From NCBI GenBank assembly GCA_020059745.1, contig JAGVBK010000004.1, forward strand, positions 306,511 through 370,510: DNA of 64,000 bases. The letters are read 5' to 3'. Numbering within the stretch: position 1 is the first letter of the stretch; each line of letters begins with the position of its first letter. Origin of the DNA: Candidatus Shapirobacteria bacterium (lineage in GTDB: Bacteria; Patescibacteriota; Microgenomatia; UM-FILTER-40-11). Below are positions 28,100 to 35,913 of the stretch, one piece after another. The translations under genes were made by a program, and so were the position numbers. A model generated the notes under the pieces. That model saw nothing but the letters and a program-made list of their open reading frames with translations. It made no database searches and was not told where the DNA came from.

Positions 28100-28193
28100 C
28101 TAGCTCTATAGCGAAAGTTGTAGGGTTAGGGGGTTTCTAGCAATAGATTCTCTCGTGAGGAGAGGCTTCAGCAATGGAGTCTCTTTTCTTTTT
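28100..28193 (+). ncRNA. Candidate structured small RNA with GNRA-capped hairpins and an intrinsic terminator
   Basis: 13-bp stem with GAAA loop (28100-28129); stem with GCAA loop (28130-28153); 10-bp stem with GCAA loop plus U-tract (28161-28193); G-U pairs indicate + strand; no ORF. Confidence 0.6.
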
Positions 28194-28215
28194 AGAGACC
28201 AGAGCATGCTTATTC

Positions 28216-30033
28216 TTAATCTTTAATTCCTCTGGCGATTTTTTTTGCTAAGGCTTCGTCTAAAATTTTCTTTCTTATCCTTATATTTTGAGGGGTGACT
28301 TCAACCAGCTCGTCATCATTAATATATTCAAGAGAATCCTCCAGACTCATGGTTCTTGGAGCATCAAAGTGTTCAGTTTGCCCTTTAACTCTTGCTCTTT
28401 GGTTGGAAGCTCTTTTTTCCTTACAGGCATTGACCTGAATGTCTCCAGGCCGAGAGCTTTGGCCAATGACCTGGCCTTTGTAAACATAAACAGAGGGACC
28501 GTAGAAAAGCTCGCCTCTTTCTTGAAGACCGGAAATAGCATACATTAAAGTATTGCCTGATTCACAGTTAACTAAAGAGCCGTTTTCCCTGCCGTTAAAA
28601 ACACCTTTTTCAGGAGCAAACTCATAAAAGCTGGTGTTAATAACTCCTAAGCCCCGGCTGTCGGTTAAAAACTGGCTGCGAAAGCCAAAAAGCCCTTTAG
28701 TAGGGACAATAAATTCCAAATATGCAGTTTGGTCAATGATTTCCATTTTCTGCATTTCACCATACCTGCTTCCCAGCTGTTGGATTATTGTACCAGCTAA
28801 ATCTTCTGGCACTTCAATAAAAACATTTTCATAAGGAACTAAAGTTTTTCCGTCAACAACCTTTGTAATAACCTGGGGCCTAGATACTTCCAGTTCATAG
28901 CCTTCCCGTCTTAACCTCTCAATTAAGATGGCCAGATGAAGCTCTCCCCGGCCGGATAAGGTCCAGCCGCCATTAGGATTATCTTCAACTTTCAAGGCCA
29001 CATCAGTTTCCAACTCTTTATAAAGCCTTTCACCCAGCTTTCTTGAGGTTGTAAACTGGCCTTCTTTTCCTGCCAACGGCGAAGTATTAACATTAAAAGT
29101 CATTTTTACGGTTGGCTCTTCGACACTAAGAAGGGGGAGGGCAACCGGATTTTCCGGATCGGCAAGTGTTTCACCAATGGTTATTTCCGGAATTCCGGCA
29201 ATAGCGACAATATCTCCGCTTGAAATCTCTTCCCTGGTTTCAACTCTGTTTAATCCCTCAAAGGTCATAACACTGGAAAGGACGCAATTTCGCTTTTCGC
29301 CGAGTCTGTTTATATAGGCAATAGTTTGGCCTTGTTTTAAAACTCCGTTATAAACCCTGCCTACGGCAATCCTGCCTTTGTAGCTGTCGCCGGTAATGGT
29401 AGTAACTAACATTTGCAGCGGTAAGTTTTTGTCTCCGGTTGGTGCGGGAATATGGTTTATGATTGCATCAAAAACGGGAGTAATGTCAGCCATATCCTCA
29501 ATTTGGGGATCTTTTCCTGCTTTGCCTAATTTTGCCGAGGCATACAAAACCGGGTAATCAATGATTTCGTCGTCAGCGCCTAAATCGATGAACAAATCAA
29601 AAACCTTGTTAAGCACCTCGTTAATTTTTTTATCGGGAATGTCAACCTTATTAATCACCACGACTATTTTTAGCTTTAATTCCAATGCTTTTTTTAAGAC
29701 AAATCTGGTTTGGGGCATTGGCCCGTCCTTGGCATCAACTAAAAGCAAGCAGCCATCCGCCATCCGTAATACCCTCTCAACCTCGCCGCCGAAGTCAGCA
29801 TGTCCCGGAGTGTCAATGATGTTTATTTTAGTTCCTTGATAGACAACAGAAGCATTTTTGGAAAAAATAGTAATTCCTCTTTCTTTTTCCAGGTCGTTAC
29901 TGTCCATAATGCAAGTACTCTCCGCCACTTCTTTTGAGAGTTCTGTTTTTGATTGGCGCAGCAAGGCATCAACCAGGGTTGTTTTGCCATGGTCAACGTG
30001 CGCAATAATGGCGACATTTCTTAGATTGTTCAT
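28216..30033 (-). CDS. typA: Translational GTPase TypA/BipA
   Basis: AHVDHGKTT, RGITI, DTPGHADFGGEVER, NKVD, GRGELHL, EVTPQNIRIRK. Confidence 0.96.
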   Translation of the reverse strand: MNNLRNVAIIAHVDHGKTTLVDALLRQSKTELSKEVAESTCIMDSNDLEKERGITIFSKNASVVYQGTKINIIDTPGHADFGGEVERVLRMADGCLLLVDAKDGPMPQTRFVLKKALELKLKIVVVINKVDIPDKKINEVLNKVFDLFIDLGADDEIIDYPVLYASAKLGKAGKDPQIEDMADITPVFDAIINHIPAPTGDKNLPLQMLVTTITGDSYKGRIAVGRVYNGVLKQGQTIAYINRLGEKRNCVLSSVMTFEGLNRVETREEISSGDIVAIAGIPEITIGETLADPENPVALPLLSVEEPTVKMTFNVNTSPLAGKEGQFTTSRKLGERLYKELETDVALKVEDNPNGGWTLSGRGELHLAILIERLRREGYELEVSRPQVITKVVDGKTLVPYENVFIEVPEDLAGTIIQQLGSRYGEMQKMEIIDQTAYLEFIVPTKGLFGFRSQFLTDSRGLGVINTSFYEFAPEKGVFNGRENGSLVNCESGNTLMYAISGLQERGELFYGPSVYVYKGQVIGQSSRPGDIQVNACKEKRASNQRARVKGQTEHFDAPRTMSLEDSLEYINDDELVEVTPQNIRIRKKILDEALAKKIARGIKD

Positions 30034-30041
30034 AAGACCAT

Positions 30042-30086
30042 AAAAAAACTGCGTGTTACCGCAGAATAATATTCCTCGGGAATATT
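30042..30086 (-). promoter_or_regulatory. typA leader: palindrome plus terminator-like hairpin with T7
   Basis: - strand AATATTCC-CGA-GGAATATT, then CTGCG-GTAACA-CGCAG-TTTTTTT ending 8 nt before ATG; TATAAT at 30095-30090. Confidence 0.5.
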
Positions 30087-30152
30087 TCTATTATACTATT
30101 TTTGCCAGGATTTTGCCATATTGACCAAAAAACAAAAATATCCCATAGTCAT

Positions 30153-30181
30153 TTGACAAACAGAATGCATGATGTTATAAT
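30153..30181 (+). promoter_or_regulatory. Consensus sigma70 promoter of the DEAD-box helicase gene
   Basis: TTGACA-17 bp-TATAAT with TG extension. Confidence 0.75.
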
Positions 30182-30359
30182 CATTTTTGTATTTGCAGAT
30201 TGAAAGAATAAATCTGCTTAAATTTAGTTGAATTTTAAGTTTAATTGATAAAGATACCTCAAGTTTATAAACTTTTTTCTGTATCTTTTCTTCGTAACTT
30301 TATATCTTTCTTATTTAGGCAGTTTCATTCTTTTAAATCCGCAGTACTTCAGGAATACC

Positions 30360-31556
30360 ATGTATAGAAAGTTTGGACAAAGATCTCAAGGAAGGCAAAA
30401 TTTTAACCGTTTTAATGGGAATCAAAATCGTGGAGCAAGGCCGGTTAAGGCCTTTAACCCGATTGAGTTTATAAACAACATTCCCGAGGTAAAAAAAGAG
30501 GAAAAAGAACAAGAGAATATTATTACTCATTCATTTTCGGATTTCCAAATTGCTCCGGAACTTAAAAGGAATATTTTAGAAAAGGGGTACACAAAACCAA
30601 CCCCAATTCAAGACAGGGCAATTGAGCCTATTTTGGAAGGCAAGGATTTGGTGGGAATAGCCAATACCGGAACCGGAAAAACCGCCGCATTTCTAATTCC
30701 TCTTATAAACAAGGTGTTAAAAGACAGAAGACAGAAAGTGTTAATCCTTACTCCGACGCGCGAATTGGCAACACAGATTAAAAGTGAATTTTTAGACTTT
30801 TCCAGATTTTTAAATATTTTTGCCTGTCTTTGTATTGGTGGCGAAGATATCAGAAGACAGATCCGGGATTTGTCAAGAAATCCTAATTTTATTGTGGCGA
30901 CGCCGGGCAGAGTTCAGGATTTAATTGGCTCAAGGGCAATCAATCTTAGTAGCTTTTCTTCGGTTGTTTTAGACGAAGCAGACAGAATGGTTGATATCGG
31001 GTTTATTAAAGACATTAAATACATTGTTTCTCTTTTACCCAAAACTCGCCAGTCACTTTTCTTTTCGGCAACAATAGATAACGAAGTTCAGCAGATTTTA
31101 CAAAGCTTTGTTCAAGATCCTGTTACTGTTTCTGTTAAAACAAGGGACACTTCCCAAAATATTACTCAAAAGGTAATTCTGGTTGAAAAAACTAAAAAAG
31201 TTGAAGTTCTCCATGATTTACTGATTAAGGAAGATTTTGTAAAGGTCCTTGTTTTTGGAAGAACAAAACATGGTGTGCAAAGGCTTTCAGACGAACTTGC
31301 GGCAAGAGGTTTTAAAGCAGGAGCAATACACGGGGACAAAAGGCAAAGCCAAAGAAATAGAACCTTGGAACTTTTTAAGAAGGATGAAATAAACATTTTG
31401 ATTGCGACCGATGTGGCCTCAAGAGGGCTTGATATTCCCAATGTCAGTCATGTAATCAATTTTGATTTGCCTGAATCAAGGGACGCATACATTCACAGGA
31501 TCGGAAGAACCGGCAGAGCTGACAAAAAGGGAATTGCTTTAACTTTTGTTAATTAA
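30360..31556 (+). CDS. DEAD-box RNA helicase
   Basis: Q motif PTPIQ, NTGTGKT, PTRELA, TPGR, DEAD, SAT, HRIGRTGR. Confidence 0.95.
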   Translation: MYRKFGQRSQGRQNFNRFNGNQNRGARPVKAFNPIEFINNIPEVKKEEKEQENIITHSFSDFQIAPELKRNILEKGYTKPTPIQDRAIEPILEGKDLVGIANTGTGKTAAFLIPLINKVLKDRRQKVLILTPTRELATQIKSEFLDFSRFLNIFACLCIGGEDIRRQIRDLSRNPNFIVATPGRVQDLIGSRAINLSSFSSVVLDEADRMVDIGFIKDIKYIVSLLPKTRQSLFFSATIDNEVQQILQSFVQDPVTVSVKTRDTSQNITQKVILVEKTKKVEVLHDLLIKEDFVKVLVFGRTKHGVQRLSDELAARGFKAGAIHGDKRQSQRNRTLELFKKDEINILIATDVASRGLDIPNVSHVINFDLPESRDAYIHRIGRTGRADKKGIALTFVN

Positions 31557-31558
31557 AT

Positions 31559-31861
31559 TTATCTTGATCTTCTGTCTGATCGTCCCTGTCCTCGGCCTGA
31601 TTCCCTTTCTTCCCTCGGCCTGGCGATGTTTACAGTAATTTTCCTATTGTCAATTTCTTTTCCGTTAAACATTTGAATTGCTTTTTGGGCTTCCTCGGTG
31701 CTGCTCATTTCCACAAATCCAAAACCTTTGCTCCGGCCGGAAAACTTGTCGGAAATAATATTGACACTCACGACATTCCCTGCTTGGGAAAACATATCTC
31801 TTAATTGCGCATCGGAATAGTCATAAGGCAACCCGCCGACATAAAGCCTATTTTCTTCCAT
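31559..31861 (-). CDS. RRM-domain RNA-binding protein
   Basis: RNP2 LYVGGL, RNP1 KGFGFVEM, Arg/Gly-rich tail. Confidence 0.92.
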   Translation of the reverse strand: MEENRLYVGGLPYDYSDAQLRDMFSQAGNVVSVNIISDKFSGRSKGFGFVEMSSTEEAQKAIQMFNGKEIDNRKITVNIARPREERESGRGQGRSDRRSR

Positions 31862-32025
31862 TAAAAATCACATCCTAACTAAACTTATATTTCTATATCC
31901 TACCCCAAAATTGTAATAACAATATGAAGTTTTAACATAGAAAGAGTAAGAATCGAAAGGGTTTGGTGCTGTTTTAATTACCTGATTTTAATTTTTCTTT
32001 TAAAAAGTTTATTAATAATCTCTTT

Positions 32026-32784
32026 ATGAAAAAATTGCCGGTGATTATTTTTCTTTTGGGGATTTTTGTTGTTATTCTAATTTATTTTGAGGCAAACCCG
32101 TTTTTAAAGAAGGAGCTTTCAGGGGAGAAAGAATTCTCAGCAAATGAAAAAGACTTGCTTTTGCCGGATATTGTTGTGTCTTCTCCCGCCGAGCTTTACA
32201 TTGAACAAACAGGAGAGGAAAAGAAAATCCGTTTCAGTACCACTTTTTATAACCAGGGAGAAGGCAGGCTTGAACTTGTTGGCCGAAAGGATTCCCAACG
32301 CCAGGTTATTAACGCCTCGCAAAAAATAGTTGCTGCTGATGGTTCTACGATCGAAAGAGAGGTTGGGGAATTTGTTCTTCATCCGGAACACAGCCACTGG
32401 CATGTTGAAGATTATGTTGTTTTTGAGCTTTGGAGCCTTGAAGAGGATGGGCAAAAAGATAAGCTTCTTGCTAAAACCCGGAAAATGAGCTTTTGTATTT
32501 GGGACCAGGAAGCGTTTGATTTGTCTCTTGAAGGTTCTCCCCAAAGCCCTCGCTTTTTATCCTGCAACAGCGAAACGCAAGGCTTGTCTGTTGGCTGGTC
32601 TGATACCTATCTTGCTAATGTTGAGGGTCAGGAGCTTGACATTAGCCAAATTTCTGATGGTAAGTATAGAATAACAACCTTCGTAAACCCTGACCAAAAA
32701 ATATTTGAAAGCAATTATGATAACAACAAAATAGAACTTGAGGTTGAAATAGTAAAAGACAGAATCACTATTTTAAATAACTAA
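32026..32784 (+). CDS. Lysyl oxidase family protein (membrane-anchored)
   Basis: N-terminal TM; HPEHSHWH Cu-site, KMSFC, QGLSVGWSDTY, QELDI, VNPD...ESNYDNN. Confidence 0.8.
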   Translation: MKKLPVIIFLLGIFVVILIYFEANPFLKKELSGEKEFSANEKDLLLPDIVVSSPAELYIEQTGEEKKIRFSTTFYNQGEGRLELVGRKDSQRQVINASQKIVAADGSTIEREVGEFVLHPEHSHWHVEDYVVFELWSLEEDGQKDKLLAKTRKMSFCIWDQEAFDLSLEGSPQSPRFLSCNSETQGLSVGWSDTYLANVEGQELDISQISDGKYRITTFVNPDQKIFESNYDNNKIELEVEIVKDRITILNN

Positions 32785-33786
32785 TCTGTTTAAAAGGTAG
32801 CCCAATAAAAGTATTTGGGGGGTACCGACAAGAATTAAGGCCACCGCTGCTTTTTTCCCAATATTTGAGGCAATAATTCCAATTTCAGTAAAATCTGTGA
32901 CCACGCCTGCCTGAAGAAAAACAAAGGCATTTCCAAAAGCCCCAGTTCTTTGGAAAAGTTCAAAAGCCATTGGGGCCGAGCCTTCCGAGCAAACTTCAAT
33001 TATTGAAGCTACTATTAGTGTTGCCAGTAAACCTAAAATACTGGGACCAAAAAACTGGTGGAAAATATCTTCAGGTACATATGTCCCTAAAAAGGAGGCA
33101 ACCAAAAAACCGATAAGTATCCACCAGACAACCATTTTAGAAAGCATCCAGCTTTCAAGAACAACTCCCTTTACCGTGTTTTTCCACCCCGGCCAAACAA
33201 AATGAACTTTTTGCTTTTCAGAGACAGTATTATTTTTCCTTCCTTCAATAATTCCTTTTTGCTCAAGAACCTGAAAAATGAGTCCGGAGATAGTGGCGAT
33301 TATTATTGCCCCAAAAATAATAAAAAGGGCGTTTAATCCAAAAAGGGAAAAAAGAAGAACTGTCAGTGCAAAATTTGCCCAAGGCGCTGCCAACAAAAAA
33401 GCTAATGTTGCGGCTGACGAAGCCCCCTTTTTGTAAAGGGAAACAGCGATGGCAAGAATGCCGTGCGAACAAGCAGAAGCTAAGAATCCTAAAAGAACGG
33501 CGATAAAAATGCTTTTTTTACCTCTTGATAAGAGATTGACCATCAGCTGTTCGGGAATTAAAATATCAACAAGTCCTCCAATTAAAAGCCCCAGGAGTAT
33601 TGCCCACCAGGTAAGGCTAAGATAGCCCAGAAATCTTGCAAAAACCGGGGTTAAGATTCCGATTCCAAAATACAAAAGAACAAAGTGGAAACCGACAAGT
33701 CCGGCTATCACCGTTAACACTAAAAATAGCGGTTCTTTATACCAAGGCTTTTTTTCATGATTGCAGCAGGAGGCGGTGTTTTCCAT
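32773..33786 (-). CDS. Predicted permease (DUF318/ArsP-like)
   Basis: Multi-TM; SACSHG, FLLAAP, EVCSEGSAP; N-terminal CCNH. Confidence 0.75.
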   Translation of the reverse strand: MENTASCCNHEKKPWYKEPLFLVLTVIAGLVGFHFVLLYFGIGILTPVFARFLGYLSLTWWAILLGLLIGGLVDILIPEQLMVNLLSRGKKSIFIAVLLGFLASACSHGILAIAVSLYKKGASSAATLAFLLAAPWANFALTVLLFSLFGLNALFIIFGAIIIATISGLIFQVLEQKGIIEGRKNNTVSEKQKVHFVWPGWKNTVKGVVLESWMLSKMVVWWILIGFLVASFLGTYVPEDIFHQFFGPSILGLLATLIVASIIEVCSEGSAPMAFELFQRTGAFGNAFVFLQAGVVTDFTEIGIIASNIGKKAAVALILVGTPQILLLGYLLNRLVI

Positions 33787-34397
33787 TAGACGGGCTTTGC
33801 TTTAAAGGTACTAAAAATTTGCAGGTTTAAGATTTCTTCCAGGGTGACTATTTCAGGATTAAAGGTAATGTTAAACCGGTTTGGCAGGGAAAATTTAATG
33901 CTTTCAATACCTTCAATTTTTTGAAGCTCCTCGCCAACAAGAGGAGCATGCCCGGAGCAGGGAATGTCAACGCTTATAGCAGCTGAAGAAAGGCTTTGCC
34001 CGGAAACATTTTTTGAATTATTGGTTAGCCTAAAGTTAGTCATCAGGGGAAAAATTACTAAAAAGAAGAGAAGATTTACTCCTATCATGCTTGAATAAAG
34101 AACAGATAAATATTTTTTCTTTTTTTTAATTCCTTCAAAGGAGAGCAGGTTTTGCCTTTTTAAATACAAAAAAGAGGAGAGAGAAGCAAAAAATAAAGAT
34201 AAAAAAATCAGCAAGGGGAAGAAATAAGAGTTAAGCATCCAGTTTCTTAAAAGGGAAGTGGCAGAGGTTGCACCAACAACAGAAAGTATTATGAAAGCAA
34301 GGCAAAAACCGTGTGGTAAAAGGCCGTATAAAAACCCCTTTTTAAAAGTGTCTGTCTCTGTGTTTCCACCAACATGGCAACAACTTTTATTTTCCAT
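33786..34397 (-). CDS. Membrane protein with C-terminal HMA-like metal-binding domain
   Basis: N-terminal CCH, PHGFC, ~3 TM, then DIPCSGHA in a ferredoxin-like HMA domain. Confidence 0.7.
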   Translation of the reverse strand: MENKSCCHVGGNTETDTFKKGFLYGLLPHGFCLAFIILSVVGATSATSLLRNWMLNSYFFPLLIFLSLFFASLSSFLYLKRQNLLSFEGIKKKKKYLSVLYSSMIGVNLLFFLVIFPLMTNFRLTNNSKNVSGQSLSSAAISVDIPCSGHAPLVGEELQKIEGIESIKFSLPNRFNITFNPEIVTLEEILNLQIFSTFKAKPV

Positions 34398-34668
34398 TTT
34401 CTTTTTCACCAAAAACTTGGATTAATTCATTAAGAACTTTGACTCTTTGTTTTTCGTCTTTACCCCTAACGGCAGTGGTAACACAGGTATCAAGATGGTT
34501 TTGCAAGATAAGCTCGTTTACTTTTTTTAAAGCGGCGATAACTGCCTGATTTTGGCGGATAACATCAATGCAATAGCTATTTTGTTCGATCATTCTTATG
34601 TTTCCCTTAAGATGACCGAGAAGATAGTTCATTCTTTTTATAATTTGTTTGTCTTTTGTTTCCGTCAT
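34387..34668 (-). CDS. csoR: CsoR/RcnR family metal-sensing repressor (CsoR-type C-H-C)
   Basis: GHLKGNIRMIE...YCIDV...NHLDTCV. Confidence 0.85.
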   Translation of the reverse strand: MTETKDKQIIKRMNYLLGHLKGNIRMIEQNSYCIDVIRQNQAVIAALKKVNELILQNHLDTCVTTAVRGKDEKQRVKVLNELIQVFGEKENGK

Positions 34669-34675
34669 TTAATTT

Positions 34676-34704
34676 AAAATACCCTCCCCTGGGGGGTTTG
34701 TCAA
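34676..34704 (-). promoter_or_regulatory. csoR promoter with CsoR-type operator
   Basis: - strand TTGACA (34704-34699), 17 bp, TATTTT (34681-34676); spacer holds the C/G-tract pseudo-palindrome TACCCTCCCCTGGGGGGT. Confidence 0.7.
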
Positions 34705-34748
34705 GTATTTACTTTTTTTAATCTTAATGATCCTGTAAAATTGTAACA

Positions 34749-35849
34749 ATGAAGAAATCATTTGTTTTTCTCTTTTCTCTTTTTCTTCTTAATTTTTTTC
34801 CCCAAGCTGTTTTAGGTCAGGAAGTTGCTAGGGAAGAAATACTTGAAGCCGAAGTTTTAAGTGTTTTAGAAAAAGGAAAAATTGAAATTGCGGGCAGCAT
34901 GCAAGAGTATCAAAAGCTTGAGCTTTTGGTTACAAAAGGCAGCCTTAAAGATCAGAAAATTATTGTGGAAAACGGCACGCTTCCCACTACCAGCCAAATG
35001 GTTCTTAAAAAAGGAGATAAAGTAATGCTAGTTGAAGGTGAAGATTTCGAGGGTAACCGGTTTTATCAAATAACAGATTATGTGAGAAGAGACTCTCTTT
35101 TGCTTCTCTTTTGCTTATTTTTGGTTTTGGTAGTGTCAATTGCCGGCATAAGGGGTTTTATGTCTGTTTTAGGTATGGGATTTTCTTTTTTAGTAATTTT
35201 TTTGTTTGTCCTGCCCCGGATTTCTTCAGGCGCTAACCCGGTCATGATTGCAATTTTGGGTTCATTTTTTATTGTTCCTGCCACCTTTTTTTTATCGCAC
35301 GGTTTTAACAAAAAAACAGTAGTGGCAATTGCAGGAACCGTGGTTGCTTTAATGTTCACCGGCTTGCTTGCCGGTTTTTTTGTTGATAATGCCAGGTTAA
35401 CCGGGTTTTCTTCCGAAGAGGCAGGTTTTTTACAGTTTCACCACAACGGGATTATAAATATTAAAGGGCTGCTTCTTGCCGGAATTATTATTGGTGTTCT
35501 TGGCGTTTTGGATGATATTACCATTTCCCAATCGGCGGTTGTGTTCCAGCTTAAAGATTCAAACCCCAAGATTAAAAAAGGAGAACTTTACAAAAGAGCG
35601 ATGTCAGTAGGCAAAGACCATATTTCCTCAATGGTTAATACTTTGGTTTTGGTTTACACCGGTGCGGCCTTGCCTCTTCTTCTCCTTTTTATAAATAATC
35701 CCCGGCCTTTTTCCGAGGTAATAAATTACGAAATTATTGCTGACGAAATAGTGAGAACCCTTGTGGGCAGTGTTGGTTTGATTTTAGCAGTTCCGGTAAC
35801 AACCTTTTTTGCTGTTTTTGCCGCTAAATCTTTTAAAGAAAAAGACTAA
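34749..35849 (+). CDS. YibE/F family membrane protein
   Basis: GIIIGVLGVLDDITISQ, GKDHISSMVNTLVLVYTG, EIVRTLVGSVG. Confidence 0.88.
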   Translation: MKKSFVFLFSLFLLNFFPQAVLGQEVAREEILEAEVLSVLEKGKIEIAGSMQEYQKLELLVTKGSLKDQKIIVENGTLPTTSQMVLKKGDKVMLVEGEDFEGNRFYQITDYVRRDSLLLLFCLFLVLVVSIAGIRGFMSVLGMGFSFLVIFLFVLPRISSGANPVMIAILGSFFIVPATFFLSHGFNKKTVVAIAGTVVALMFTGLLAGFFVDNARLTGFSSEEAGFLQFHHNGIINIKGLLLAGIIIGVLGVLDDITISQSAVVFQLKDSNPKIKKGELYKRAMSVGKDHISSMVNTLVLVYTGAALPLLLLFINNPRPFSEVINYEIIADEIVRTLVGSVGLILAVPVTTFFAVFAAKSFKEKD

Positions 35850-35913
35850 ATTTTGTTGTTTGTTATCTTTCTTTTCGGTTATACTTAAAGGGCCTTTGGC
35901 TATGCTTTAAAAG

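Larger units (their letters stand above)
11695..28200. other. tRNA-Gln-anchored accessory/defence region (no integrase visible)
   Basis: Begins at the tRNA 3' end; contains R-M, OLD, PD-(D/E)XK and orphan operons; housekeeping genes resume at typA. Confidence 0.55.

Noticed and set aside
11695-28200. Intact integrative element or prophage
   Set aside because: No integrase, transposase or phage genes, and no tRNA-Gln 3' duplication found at the right boundary
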